The notes under the pieces were generated by a model. The model did not search any database. It worked only from the letters and a program-made list of their open reading frames with translations, and was not told where the DNA came from. 64,000 nt of DNA, taken from contig OX597824.1 in NCBI GenBank assembly GCA_951406725.2, forward strand, positions 77,004,001-77,068,000, given 5' to 3'. This DNA is from Octopus vulgaris (lineage: Eukaryota). The translations under genes were made by a program, and so were the position numbers. Shown piece by piece: positions 37,916 to 51,330 of this stretch; within the stretch, counting starts at the first letter, position 1, and every line of letters begins with the position of its first letter.

Positions 37916-38610
37916 CAGATTGATAGATAGATACATAGGTATAGATATAGTTATATAAGAAAGGATGGCAGAGAGCCACTGATAGAGAAGATAAACAAAG
38001 AGAAATCGAGATTGAAAAGAGAGACAACCAGACAGGAAAATGGCTGCTAAAGCAACATGGCAGATGGTATTCTAATTAAATTTCTCCGATTTCTTATTAT
38101 AAGCCATTTGATATGAGATCTAGCATCTCTCTCTCTCTCTCACCCTCGCTCTATCTGTTTCGCACTCTCTCATTTACTTTCTCCGATCACTGATCAACAA
38201 AACTGATTGGGGAAGTGAATCAGTTATTTCCAGCATGTAACTGAAAGTTTAGGAAGGTGCTTTTGTCGACTCACCAATCATTACAATGTTGGACAAATGC
38301 TTTGCATTTGGTATCTATTCCAAATGTTTACGTCCTAAGTTGAAATCCCGCTGAGCCAATTTTGGGGTCGATAAAAGGAAATGTCAGTGAATTGCTGGGG
38401 TCAATCCATCTCTTTTTCTACCCCTCTCTCAGTTTTGTGCTCTCTCTCTCTCTCTCTCTCTCTCTCAGGATTGGCCATGCTTCATGGAGGACTAGTCACA
38501 CTATGTCTGTCTTCCAAAAACAACAAATTTCAGTTTATCGTAATAGAAGAATATGGTTGCTGAATCTCTGAGAGAGCCTGGTAACAGATGATGATGATGA
38601 TAATGATGAA

Positions 38611-38992
38611 GGCGGCGAGCTGGCAGAAACGTTAGCATGCCTGGCGAAATGCATAGCCGTATTTCGTCAGCCGTTACGTTCTGAGTTCATATTCCACCGA
38701 GGTCGACTTTGCCTTTCATCCTTTCAGGGTCGATAAATTAAGTACCAGTTACACACTGGGGTTGATATAATCGACTTAATCTGTTTGTCTGTCCTTGTTT
38801 GTCCCCTCTGTGTTTAGCCCCTTGTGGGTAGTAAAGAAATAGATTATGATGATGGTGATGATGCTTATGACAATGGTGGGTTGATAAAATAAGTACCAGT
38901 TACGCACTGGGGTCGATGTAATTGACTTAATCCGTTTGTCTGTCCTTGTTTGTCCCCTCTGTGTTTAGCCCCTTGTGGGTAGTAAAAAAATA
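38611..38992 (+). mobile_element. SINE-A (38611-38841) plus duplicated 3' half (38878-38992)
   Basis: Both units are followed by gat.atgatgat..tgatgcttatgacaatgg, indicating a local tandem duplication including flank. Confidence 0.85.
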
Positions 38993-39812
38993 GATAATGA
39001 TGATGATGCTTATGACAATGGCGACGAATTGAAAGTTTGGACTTTTCCACTTAACCTCACTCTGAAGCTGCTGTTCTCTCTTTCTATCCCATGTGTATAT
39101 ATGCACGCTTATTTGTGTACATAGAGAAAGTGAGAGAAAGTTAATCGTACAAGAGGAAACAATTAAATAAGTAAATCGTAAGATAATTTCATGATAATGA
39201 TAATGATAAGAGTAATTTTTTGTCACAAGATATGTTTAACTTCTGAAAGAATTCCATCCTGCAGTTTAAAAAAGAAAGTGTTTAACCAATGTGTGTGTTT
39301 GTTAGCAACTTTGGTATGAAAGAGAGGAGTGTAGAAGGCGGGCCAGAAAAGGAAGAAAAAAAAAAAATCATTAACAATTTGATATGTCATGGAAAGATGA
39401 ATGTTGATTATCATGTTGAAAGATAGAATTAGATGTTTAATGATAAGAAGGAAGGCAGAAATGAGATATTCTTGAAGAGACAGTAAAAATAGTAAAGGTA
39501 GGTAGATCATTTAGCCAGAACAGAAGATGGATGGATAGATGGAAGAAAAAACAAAACATATAGTGGATTCTACGAGAAGAACTGGGAAGGAGGTTTTGAT
39601 AGAAAAGGAGATGGAGGGCTGATATAGAAGGATACATAAAAAACACAATAAGGAAAAGTATGAGACTAGTTTGGACCAGAATGGCAATAGATAGAAAGGA
39701 ATGGAAGAGACTTGAAGTGGGTTGCTAAGGTATAAAATAGTAAAGAATGAAAGCATGTTGATTTATTTTGTTCACCTTCTTTTATCATCTATTGTTTCAT
39801 CGATTTAATCTC

Positions 39813-40005
39813 TACCTGTGCAGGTGGCACGTAAAAAGCACCCACTCCACTCCCGGAGTGGTTGGCGTTAGGAAGGGCATCCAGCTGTAGAAACACTGCC
39901 AGATCAGACTGGAGCCTGGAGCAGCCCCTGGCTCCCCAGACCCTGGTCGAACCGTCCAACCCGTGCTAGCGTGGAAAACGGACGTTAAACGATGATGATG
40001 ATGAT
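39813..40005 (+). mobile_element. Family E retroposon 3' part with (GAT)n tail
   Basis: ggcacgtaaaaagcaccc...ggttggcgttaggaagggcatccagctgtagaaac...ggacgttaaacgatgatg. Confidence 0.8.
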
Positions 40006-40266
40006 TTTCCATGCTTGCAGGGGGGGGGGGGGTGAAATTTGTTGATGCAGATTTTACTACAGCTGGATGCCCTTCTTGTCACCAACCCTTACCTGTTTCC
40101 AAGCAAGGTAATAATATTTCCTCATGACCAGACATATTTTAAATTAGAAGATTGGAAACAATGGACACTGCTTGCGTGTCTGTGATGCTCGTTTACAAAC
40201 TATCACATGATGCATGGCAAGGAGACAGTAAAACACACACTTACATGCACACACATCATCATCATT

Positions 40267-40298
<32 letters not shown>

Positions 40299-40885
40299 TG
40301 TTTCATGTCTGCTTTCCATGCTAGCATGTTTTGGATGGTTTGACATGGAGCTGGTTAGCAAGGAGCTGTCCAGAATATAGCTGTCTGCTTTCTACATGCT
40401 TTCTACAGCTGGATGCCCTTCCTGATGCCAGCCTCTTAGCAGAGTGTGTTGGGTACTTTTCACCTGCCACTGGCACAGGCGTGTCTACACAGCACTGGCA
40501 TGAGAGCATTTATACAGCAATGGCATGGATACTTTTTAAGTGGCACCGGCAACTGAAAAGACAAACCTGTATGTGTGGAAGGCATACACACACATGATGG
40601 GCTTCTTTCAGTTTCTGTCTACCAACTCCCCTTGCAAGGGCTTTGTTCACTCCAGGGCTATAGCAAAAGCCACTTGCTCGAGAAGCCATGCAGTGAGAGT
40701 GAATCCAGAACCATGGAGTTGGGAATTAAACTTCCTACCATTCAGCCATACCAGAATCTGTAAATGATATTTCCTGTTTCTCTAAAATTATAATTACTAT
40801 TAGAATATTGTCATAATAGGTGGAAGTGGCAAAGAATAGTTTGATGATGGAGATGTATATTTGGGAGAAAGGAAGAAAAAAAAAA

Positions 40886-41288
40886 GGCGCAGGAGTGGCT
40901 GTGTGGTAAGTAGCTTGCTAACCAACCACATGGTTCCGGGTTCTGCGTGGCATCTTGGGCTAGTGTCTTCTGCTATAGCCCCGGGCCGACCAGTGCCTTG
41001 TGAGTGGATTTGGTAGTCGGAAACTGAAAGAAGCCCGTCGTATATATGTTTATATATATATGTATGCGTGTTTGTGTGTCTGTGTTTGTCCCCCTAGCAT
41101 TGCTTGACAACCGATGCTGGTGTGTTTACATCCCCGTCACTTAGCGGTTCGGCAAAAAGAGTCCGATAGAATAAGTACTAGGCTTACAAAGAATAAGTCT
41201 TGGGGGTCGATTTGCTCGACTAAAGGCGGTGCTCCAGCATGGCCGCAGTCAAATGACTGAAACAAGTAAAAGAGTAAAGAGTAAAGAG
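40886..41288 (+). mobile_element. SINE-B (young, CpG-rich)
   Basis: Full-length apart from a short head deletion. Confidence 0.9.
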
Positions 41289-41532
41289 ATAACCACAATG
41301 ATTAAGAGCTGTGGAGGCTGAGTTGAAGGTTTTAAGCAAAGAAACAGAATTTGTGTTGCCTGGGATAGTCTTTGAGTTTGCCATGCCTCACCTCATGCAA
41401 AACACAAAACACATTTTGTTGGTGGGTCAACACATAATGAGTTACTTCTATAAAATAAACTACAATACAAAATTCCACTCAAGTGGACTCATCCTCTTGT
41501 CTCCTTTTAGGTACATCAGTGCAAAACTGCTC

Positions 41533-41919
41533 AGTGGCTGTGTGGTAAGTAGCTTGCTTACTAACCACATGGTTCTGGGCTCAGTCCCACCACGTGGTAC
41601 CTTGGGCAAGTGTCTTCTGCTATAGCCTCAGGCCGACCAAAGCCTTGTGAGTGGATTTGATAGACAGAAACTGAAAGAAGCCCATCATGTATATGTATAT
41701 ATATATGTGTTTATGTGTCTGTGTTTGTCCCCCTAACATCGCTTGACAACCGATGCTGGTGTGTTTACATCCCCGTAACTTAGCGGTTCAGCAAAAGAGA
41801 CTGATAGAATAAGTACTAGGCTTACAAAGAATAAGTCATGGGGTCGATTTGCTTGACTAAAGGTGATGCTCCAGCATGGCCGCAGTCAAATGACTGAAAC
41901 AAGTAAAAGAGTGAAAGAG
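41533..41919 (+). mobile_element. SINE-B (CpG-decayed)
   Basis: Colinear with 3709-4106. Confidence 0.9.
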
Positions 41920-42350
41920 CAACTTAAAATTTTTGATAAAATGCATAAAAATTGGAACGAAAATGTTTGAGATTTTGCTTTTATTTTAGATTGATTCAAA
42001 AGAGTGTTTAAAGTTTTGGTTACATATATTGATAAACATACTTTAGAATCAATAAATATATAAGATATTGTTATATTGTGTACACATTGCTGAAATTTTT
42101 GTTTGACTTAACTTTTCATTGATCTATCAACAACATTTTTGTCCTCCTCATTACTTCTGTGTTTCCATAGTCTCACTTGGTCTGTATGTCTGACAATCTC
42201 TCTCTTTTACTCTCTTTCACATAGTCTTTCATCCCCTTTGTCTTTCTCCCCACTTCCGTCTATGTTTTTCTCTGTATCTCTCTTGTTTGATTACTCCTTC
42301 AGTGAAAGTGGGAGGGAGAGAGAGAGAGAGAGAAGTAGAGACATAGAAAG

Positions 42351-42643
42351 ACATACATACATACATTCATTCATTCATACATACATACATACATACACAC
42401 ACACACATACATACATTCATACATACATTCATACATACATATATACATGCATAAATACATACACACACACATACATACATTCATACATACATTCATACAT
42501 ACATATATACATGCATACATACATACATTCATACATACATACATACATACATACATACATACATACATACATGCATACATACATACATACATACATACAT
42601 ACATACATACATACATACATACATACATACATACATACATACA
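42351..42643. repeat. (TACA)n microsatellite
   Basis: Directly visible. Confidence 0.95.
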
Positions 42644-42814
42644 TGGATTAATTATGAGAGTATTGAGGAGGGTGGTGGTGTGCAAGGAGGAAGGTAATAA
42701 ATCAATAAAGTGTATAAGTTAAACAAAATTACAGTTATGTGTATATAGAAATCAATATACAAATATTTTTTATGTGTATAAAGTCTGCATACTATTTGAT
42801 TTGTAAACAATTCA

Positions 42815-43138
42815 ATTGTCTTATGTCAATAAATCTGCAACCTCCTACATTTACTCACATCATTACTTTAGCAAGTATATCAGTGAAGGTTGTTTGCTAA
42901 AGAGGTCAGAATAAGTTTGAAACATGTTCAGAGTTGTCTCCTCAGTTTTTAGAAAAATTAATATAATGTTTACTATTGTCTTATGTCAATAAATCTGCAA
43001 TCTCCTACATTTACTCACATCATTACTTTGGCAAGTATATCAGTGAAGGTTGTTTGCTAAAAAGGTCAGAATAAGTTTGAAACATGTTCAGAGTTGTCTC
43101 CTCAGGTTTTAGAAAAATTAATATAATGTTTATTATTG
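42815..43138 (+). repeat. 160-bp direct tandem duplication
   Basis: attgtcttatgtcaataaatctgcaa... at 42815 and 42975, with about five substitutions between copies. Confidence 0.95.
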
Positions 43139-43527
43139 GATGATATTATTTTTTCTTTTTCTTTATTTTTACGTTAACTTTTTTTCTGCTAAATCTGCAG
43201 GGCACTTTTGTACTTCCTGCATTTAAGATGTTAATATTAATTTGATGAAAGCTAAGAACACCCTAATGTTAAATCATACTTTATTATCATCCTAAATAAT
43301 AGGTGATGAGCTGATAGAATCGCTAGAATATCATTCATAATGCTTGGAAGCATTTCTTTTTGCTTTACTAGGGGTCCTGAAAACTTCCTGGCTTTAAGGG
43401 TATCACAAAAGGCCTGGTTGGCGGCCCACCCTCTGAGTTCTCTTACACAGCTTAGAAAAACTGATTGACAACTGCAAAATGTATGTGAATCTGAGAGGGG
43501 AATATGTTGAATAAAATCATAATTAAT

Positions 43528-43581
43528 GGCGGTGCCCCAGCATGGCCACAGCTCATAAGCTGAAACTAGAATCCATCCATC
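43528..43581 (+). mobile_element. Very short LINE-like 3' tail insertion homologous to the SINE-B tail
   Basis: ggcggtgccccagcatggccaCAGCTcataAGCTGaaactaga + (ATCC)n interrupts the mariner 3' region. Confidence 0.65.
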
Positions 43582-43650
43582 AACTGATCCTCCTGTATTT
43601 TCTTTTTTTTTTACCCAATTTTCTTTTTTTTTTTTACCTCATACTTCTCA

Positions 43651-44171
43651 GAAACGAGGGACCTGGACTATTGGCAAAGACTCAAAACCTTGAAGATGTA
43701 CTCAATAGAAAGAAGATTTGAGCGATACCGAATTATATACATTTGGAAAATGATAGAGCAAAAGGTGCCAAACTTTGGTATCAAAACCTACCACTCACTG
43801 CGCCACGGAAGACGCTGCCAGCTGCCACCAATCAACAAAAAGGCTGGCCAGGCAGCAAAAACCCTGCGAGAGTCAAGTCTGTTGGTTCGAGGAGCACAAC
43901 TATTCAACTCCATTCCGGTACATGTCAGAAATCTATCAGGATGCAGTGTGGAATCATTCAAATTGCAGCTGGATAGATACTTAAACACCATTAGAGATGA
44001 ACTCCATCTCCCAGGATATACACAACGAGCACAAACTGACTCAAACTCGCTCCTACACATGTCAAAATTAAACAGAGAATACAACCTGGCAACCACACCA
44101 GACTCTGAGGGTGGAGTCTTCGACTTGGCCTGAGCATGGACTCAAACTCAAATGAAATGAAATGAAATGAA
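43651..44171 (+). mobile_element. CR1-clade LINE 3' fragment, ORF2 C-terminus still open
   Basis: LDYWQRLKTLKMYSIERRFERYRIIYIWKMIEQKVPNFG...RHGRRC...RGAQLFNSIP..VRN...SFKLQLDRYLNTIRDE...SNSL. Stop at 44133, then an (AAATG)n tail. No RT catalytic domain is present. Confidence 0.88.
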
Positions 44172-44570
44172 AACCCCCAAAATTTTCAGCACCTCTTCAT
44201 TCATTCTGAATTTAAATATTGTTGAGTTTGCTTTTACCTTTCATCCTCTTGGGGATGGGGTTGATAAAATAAAGTAACAAACAAGTGCTGGGGTTGATAT
44301 AATCGACTTCCCCTTCCTCAAAATGTCAGGCTTGCACTTATAGCAGAAACAATTATTATCTTGAATACACATCGACATATATTCAGAGAAAAATATTCTT
44401 GCATACATTCACATACACATACAAAAGAAAATTAGATAAATGAGACTGGTTCTGCAAGTGTTGGCCCAGACCATGTCTAATTTAATTATACTATTAACTG
44501 AAGAATTGTCTTAAGTCATATTTAATTTTGACTTAAAATATAACATTAATGGAGTTGTCAGTCAAAATAT

Positions 44571-45451
44571 TCTTTTATATTCTTTTACATGTTTCAGTCA
44601 CTTGACTGTGGCCATGCTGAGTACTGTCTTAAAGGGTTTTAGACAAAGAAATCGTCCCCAAGACTTATTATTTGTAAGCCTGGTACTTATTCTATCAGTC
44701 TCTTTTGCCAAACCACTAAATTACAGGGGCAAAAACATACCGACATTGGTTGTCAAAGCAATGGTGGGGGGACAAACACAGATACAAAGACACACAAATA
44801 TACATACATACTTACATATCTATATGCATACATACATACATACATACATATATAAATATATATATATATATATATGTGTATATATATATATATATGTGTG
44901 TGTGTGTATGTGTGTGTGTGTGCGTGCGTGTGTGTATGTGTAAGTGTATATATATATATAATCAAAGTAAGCAACATAGATATCCAAGGTAGTGTAGTAC
45001 AATTGTTTCATGCTACTTCATATATATATATATGGAAAGCGGACGTTAAACGATGATGGTGATAAATATAGTTAATCCAAACATGAACAAAGAGAAAACA
45101 CAACAACGTGAGGATGTGGAACAAGTATAGTGTTATTGGACACTCAGGAAAGGAAAGAAAGAAGAAAGATTTAACATTTCGAGTGGAGCTCTTCGTCAGA
45201 AACATAGAAAAAGAAAAGGTCCAAGGAAGGGAAGACAGAGAAAGAAAATCGCCAACGATACACATGTGGCCACATATTGAAATATATATATATACACACA
45301 CACACACACAATGAGCATTTTTCAGTTTCTGTCAACCAACTCTACTCACAAGGCTTTGGTTGGCCTGAAGCTCAAGGTGCTATGCAGTGGGACTGAGCCT
45401 GGAGCCATGTGATTAGTAAGTAAAGTTCTTACCGCACAGCCACACCTGTAC
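44571..45451 (-). mobile_element. Old SINE-B interrupted in its internal microsatellite by a Penelope-like cassette (45064-45285)
   Basis: Tail at 44571-44790 and head at 45310-45451. Hammerhead core on the minus strand at 45169-45203 (guuu-CUGACGA-A-GAG..CUC-GAAA-UGUU-aaau). Confidence 0.75.
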
Positions 45452-46018
45452 CTAAATATCTAAATATTGATTGTTTGTCTGATATTTTTGTCCAGGTAAA
45501 ATTTGAAGTTTAGAGGTACCTTTTCTTTGGCTTGATTTATTTCAAAATAATGTTGAATAAAACGGAATCACCTGAGAGAAATAATAAAAAATAAAAGGTT
45601 ATGTCACAACATGCTTATGTTGTCTGAGTATGATTTTTGTTGGAAACTTGAGCCTTGGGTGATTTTAAAACTTGATAGTGACATCAATTGGGCAAAACTG
45701 ATGAAGTAAATGGTAAAACAGTTACTGTGGTTTTGGAGAGGAATTTGTGTGAGTATATAAAACTAAACCCAATAATCAAGCCCTGTCATGTTATAATTTT
45801 CCACTTTCACATTTTCATTATTGTTGTCCTCTGAGTCACTTAAATTTTCATCATGCTTTGTTTGGTATGAGGAGACCCTAAGGAGAAATGGTACTTTATG
45901 TGTTAACATGAAGAGAATAGAAGTGGTTGCTGAGAGAAATAACACTCACACAAAACAGAAACAAAGCACTATCAACTGGAAGGTATAAGTTTATGAGCCA
46001 ATGAGGCAGCCTCTATAT

Positions 46019-46541
46019 CAGTGGTTCCCGACCAATTTTTTTACCTGTGGATCCCTTTGATTCCTATTTTACTCTTCAGGTATTCGAAGTTTTAAAAAAT
46101 TCCCTTATATTTTTGTAATTAGATATTATAAAAAAAAAAATAATAAATGCACCCTTTTAAAGCCTAGCCAGGCTCATGGCCCCAGTTTCCCGGTTTCAAT
46201 GTTGTATGTGTTCTCAAGCTGGACGGGATGCCAGTCCATTGCAGCGTTACTCATTTTTGCCAGCTGAGTGGACTGGAGCAACGTGAAATGAAGTGTTCTG
46301 CTCAAGAACACAACACGTCATCTGGTCCAGGAATCGAAACCACAACCTTATGATCATGAGTTCAATACCCTAACCACTAAGCCACGTGCCTCTTCAATTA
46401 AATATTATCAATTATATTTAAAAAATGGTTAAAATATCTTGTGTATCATAGAAGTATAACTGATTTATTTTACATGATTTTTAACAGCAAAATTTTATGT
46501 GGACCTCTGAGAAACATATAGACACCAGTTGAGAATCACTG
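46019..46541. mobile_element. hAT/Charlie-type MITE containing a SINE-C (46144-46394, minus)
   Basis: CAGTGGTTCCCGAC ... GTTGAGAATCACTG termini with degenerate 8-bp flanks ctctatat/ctttaaag. The SINE is flanked by atta(g/a)atattat. Confidence 0.7.
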
Positions 46542-47064
46542 CTTTAAAGGGTTGCTCAGCTTGCTAGAAATGGCAGCCAAATCTCTCTTTATCATGCTGA
46601 AATTATGTTCCATGCTATCCAAGTGTAAGAGAAGAGCACGTTTAACAGTGAATTCAATTATGATGATACATCATGTAAAAATTAAAGACTGTTTAGTCCT
46701 TGCTGGAATGCCTTTGGTAAGGTAGACCTAGCTATAATATGACTAAATTGGCCATACGATGATTGTGGCTAGACTACCTCTGTTAGATCAGCACTGACCC
46801 GAGATGAACCAACAGCAGCAACAACAACAAATAACTAAACCACTAACTTCACTCTAAAACAATAAAAGAATTTCTTTGTCGAGCCACCAAGTTTTGGCAT
46901 CAGTTCAAAGAAAATTTAGGTAATTTCTTCAATTTGTTCTTTAATTATATTTCAAAGAAGACTTTTGAAACAAATGGAAAGATAATTCTTATTTTTATTC
47001 TTAAACTAACTTTTATTGGCACAAAAGAAAACAATGCTGTTGGTTGTTTTTATTATTATTATTA

Positions 47065-47125
<61 letters not shown>

Positions 47126-47723
47126 CATCATTATTATTATTATTATTATTTGATTTGAAGTCCAGCAATGTCAATAGAAACACATTTTAAAATATTTATT
47201 TATATAATAGAAAGGCTATCTAGCTGCAGTTATATTCAGATAAAATTGCTAAGATAATGTGAAATTTTAGTCTAGGTATGCATACTTAAGTAACATTATC
47301 AAACTTGATTGGCACTGAAATCGGTAAGGACATGTTCTGGAAACCAACCAAAGCATTAATTAGAAGCTGTTAGTTACTGGCCTGGGAGAAAAAGAATGGC
47401 TGCCTGCCAGATTGTCAAATGCTCTAGAAATGCTTCATTAGATCCATATCATATTGACCAAGCTTATCAAAAATATGGCTTAGGATAAATACTATTGGAG
47501 AACGTTCTGCATTGAAAATACACACACACACACACACACAGCAGAGTAACACATGTTTGTAATAGTGAGTGGAATAATTCTGATTAATTGTGATTAACAG
47601 AGCAATTAGTAGTCAAAAACTTCCTGAAGTAGTGTTTAAAATCAGACTTGGCAATGGTCTGACATGGTCAGCAGACAAATCAGCCATGGAAATTTTGATT
47701 AATAGGCGCTGAGATTTTAGTAA

Positions 47724-47760
<37 letters not shown>

Positions 47761-47761
47761 G

Positions 47762-47802
<41 letters not shown>

Positions 47803-48009
47803 TGTAGTAGAAGTAGTAGTGGTGGTGGTGTATAACATGTATGTTTGTATGCATAAATGTGTGTATGTATGTTTGTATGTATGCATATAAATATGTGTGC
47901 ATTTACATGTTAGATATGTTTCAGCCTTTTGGCTAAGAGCAAAGAGCGGCACTATATAACTATACATGTATGCATATGATATATAAATATATACATATAT
48001 ATATATAAT

Positions 48010-48500
48010 CATCGTCATTTAACATCCATTTTCCATGCGCTGCCCATGCGCCAAGTCTGTTTTGCATGGTTTCTACAGCTGGATGCCCTTCCTAATGCCA
48101 ACATATATTTATATTTCAAGTGGGCCTCACAGAGGCACAGTGGTTGGGTTCCTTTCAAGTATTGGGCCTCACAGAGGTAAAGTGGCTGAGTTCCTTTTGA
48201 GCATTGGGCTTCATGGAGGCAATGACCAAGACCTTTGGCATTATGTCATGCTCAAGAAGAAGACCCATCAAGCCGAGCAAAATTGCAGTCATGGCAGATA
48301 CCGGTGTCATGCGAATGGCACCCATGCCAGTGGTGCAAAAAAGCACCCATTACACTCTTGGAGTGGTTGGTGTTAGGAAGGGCATCCAGCTGTAGAAAAC
48401 CATGCCAAATCAGACTGGAGCTTGGTGCAGCCTTCCAGCGTACCAGTCCAGTCAAACCGTCCAACCCATGTCAGCATGGACAATGAACATTAAATGATGA
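48010..48500. mobile_element. Family E fragments in both orientations
   Basis: A minus-strand tail at 48010-48100 and a longer plus-strand copy ending aaatgatga at ~48500. Confidence 0.65.
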
Positions 48501-49337
48501 GATCATGATATATGTATATATGTGTGTCTGTGCACGTGTTTGTGTGAGTGTGAGTATGTGTGTGTATGTTTGTAAGTATACACACACACACACACACAGA
48601 TACATTCATACAAGACACTACCACTCCTGTACTAGTGCCAACCGACAACTCAGTCTCTCTCTAAGGGATGAGTGGACAATATACTCTCTCTTTCCATTGC
48701 GATTGTACCAGTAAATGCACCAGTATACCCTGTGAAATAGTGGGCAAATTTTGAGCAAAGAATACATGGCTTTCTGAGGCCTCTTTGTTTAAACCCCTCT
48801 AATGTTGTTGCTATGGAAACTACACCTAGTATACACTCTGAAAAGTGGTTGGCAACAGGAAGGATATCCAGGTGTTGAAACCAAATGAAATAATATGCAA
48901 GAACATTAGTCCATGGAAGCAACAGGTTTGAATAGATGATTCAGACTGTGACATGTTCAGCCCATGCAAGCATGGAAAATTGATGTAAAAGTATTACATG
49001 TGAAAATTTATATATGTATATGTGTGTGCCTATTTCCTATTGTGTATGTATATGAGCATGTGTGTGTGTGTGTGTGTGTGTGAGTATATGGTCACCTACT
49101 GTGACATATAAAATTAATTTTTTCAGCTTCTCATACTCCAGTGCAAAAAAATCCACAACTTTCTGCTTCAGTAAACCACCATTGTTCATGAAAGTTGTCT
49201 GTTATATAATTGCTATGAATTGCTTGAAGCTAACTTTCTTTCTACACCTCGATCCTTGAATCTTACATTTCATGTGTGTGCGTATGTGTGTGTGTTTATG
49301 CATATCTGTATTTATACATTTATGCATATGAGTATTC

Positions 49338-49382
<45 letters not shown>

Positions 49383-49515
49383 CACGAATTTTTTGTGTAA
49401 TGAGATAAAAAACCAAGGCTGTATAGATATTAAAGCATTTATAGATACCTATAAATGCTCTAATATCTATACAGCCTTGGTTTTTTTATCTTATTACGCA
49501 AAAAATTTGTATATA
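49383..49515. repeat. ~130-bp fold-back palindrome
   Basis: aattttttgtgtaatgagataaaaaaccaaggctgtatagatattaaagcatttatag-atac-ctataaatgctctaatatctatacagccttggtttttttatcttattacgcaaaaaattt. A single-arm homolog lies at 51331-51400. Confidence 0.92.
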
Positions 49516-49666
49516 CACACACTGACATAGAACCAAGGTTGAACCCTTTATTCACAATATTACCGAATCTGGAACTTAACTATGGTCTGTCTATAGCACT
49601 TATTCAGCATTACCTGACACCTTTGGGTCTCAGTGATACCATTATCTCTTATATATATATGTACTG

Positions 49667-50048
49667 TTTTACTTTTTACTTCTTTCAGTCATTTGACTGT
49701 GGCCATGCTGGAGCACCACATTTAGTCAAGCAAATCGATCCCAGGACTTATTCTTTGTAAGCCTAGTACTTATTCTATCGGTCTCTTTTGCCGAACCGCT
49801 AAGTTATAGGGATCTAAACACACCAGCATCGGTCGTCAAGCGATGCTGGGGAGACAAACACAGACACACAAACACACACACATATATATACAACGGGTTT
49901 CTTTCAGTTTCCATCTATCAAATCCACTCACCAGGCTTTGGTTGGCCCGAGGTTATAGTAGAAGACAATTACCCAAGGTGCCACGCAGTGGGACTGAACC
50001 TGGAACCATGTGGTTCGTAAGCAAGCTACTTACCACACAGCCACTCCT
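49667..50048 (-). mobile_element. SINE-B
   Basis: Reverse copy. Confidence 0.9.
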
Positions 50049-50049
50049 A

Positions 50050-50235
50050 TAGTTGAAATTTATTGAAAAACAAAAGACGAAGACAGGTGAATGAACAACA
50101 AGCAGGTGTATTAGTTTGATGCTCAGGAAAATGAAAAAGTGTTTTAGGTTTCAAGCCTAGACTCTTCAACAGAAAGGAATAAGAGAAAATACACAGAGAG
50201 AGAATGAAAAAAAAAACACTTGTAGATTTAGCAGT
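50050..50235 (-). mobile_element. Penelope-like cassette with decayed hammerhead core
   Basis: Homologous to 23030-23218. Core on the minus strand at 50142-50176. Confidence 0.6.
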
Positions 50236-50756
50236 CAAGTACAAAGTGTGTGTGTGTGTGTGTGTTTGTGTATATATATATATGAATATATCTAAATGTG
50301 TAGGCATGAGTCTGTGTACAAAAGGAACACAGAAAACATAATTGGTAGTCATGGGTTTATGTAACAGTAGCACATGTCAGAGGATCAACAAATATTAATT
50401 ATAAGAGCTTAAATGCCCAGTTGCATGACAAATGCTGCCAAACTTGGCTCCAAAGCATTTGCACCGGATTTACAGTTTGAGGATAATTTACTTTCACCTT
50501 TTCTCTTGGAGATTCTTTAACAGAATGCGGATAGTACTGTCCCTTTTGACTAAAAAACAAAAGGCAAACAACCAGTGAAATTTTGAAGTCAATGGTGACA
50601 TATTTGCCTTGTGAAAGTAAATGTGACGATCAAATCGTTTGAGTAATCTTTCCTTCAAGTAACATCTGATTACTGTTTTATATAAGTATATGTATGTATG
50701 TGTGTGTCTGTCTGTCTGTATATGTGTATATGTATGCATGTGTATATATGTATGTG

Positions 50757-51310
50757 TCAGGTCACTTTCGAGTGCTACTGGTAACATGTAACCCAGTACA
50801 ACCTGTTGCATGGTCGGATCGTCGGCAACTAAACTGGCAAACCCCACCAAGCTTGCTTGGTGAGGAGGGTGTTTATTGGACACCCTGCAGGATGAAAAAC
50901 AAAACCTGTCAAAGGGCGGAGGAACTCTTGAGAGTCAACAGCCATCCAATAAATCTCTTAAGGCTGTACCATGCGTGGGGACTTAGAAATAATCGGACTG
51001 AATACCCGAATGTGCGGTTAAACCATTGGGAGTGAAGGACTCCTAGCCTTTGTTAGGGCATCCTTCTAAGAGAAGGTAATTCAGTTAACTGGGATAACTC
51101 CAATATAAAACCTGTGGCTCAGTGGTTACCAATAATGTTGACTTGTTCTTCTTTTCGGATTATGGCTGCTGTTGCTTAGTGAGTGGGATTGACTCAGTGC
51201 ACAGCCTTTCCTCACTTTAAAAAAATTTTCTTGCACAGGCATTGCTACGATAACAACATTGATTAATCTTCATGCAATTACCATATTCGATAACGAGGGG
51301 GCAGCCACCA
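50757..51310 (+). mobile_element. Probable RTE-LINE 5'-region-derived repeat
   Basis: GC-richer block inserted in a microsatellite. ctagcctttgttagggcatccttctaagagaagg...aaacc resembles RTE 5' UTR motifs as I recall them. No coding homology seen. Confidence 0.4.
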
Positions 51311-51330
51311 TATGTATGTGTATGTATCTA

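Larger units (their letters stand above)
43371..44196 (+). mobile_element. mariner deletion derivative hosting two LINE-type insertions
   Basis: TA|ggggtcctgaaaacttcc left TIR. LEKLIDNCKMYVNLRGEYVE* resembles the mariner C-terminal KCxxxxGDYVE motif. Right TIR remnant ttttcagcacctct. Confidence 0.7.

Noticed and set aside
47330-47720. TAAT-rich unique stretch as an enhancer
   Set aside because: TAAT is expected at high frequency in such AT-rich DNA, and conservation cannot be assessed here.
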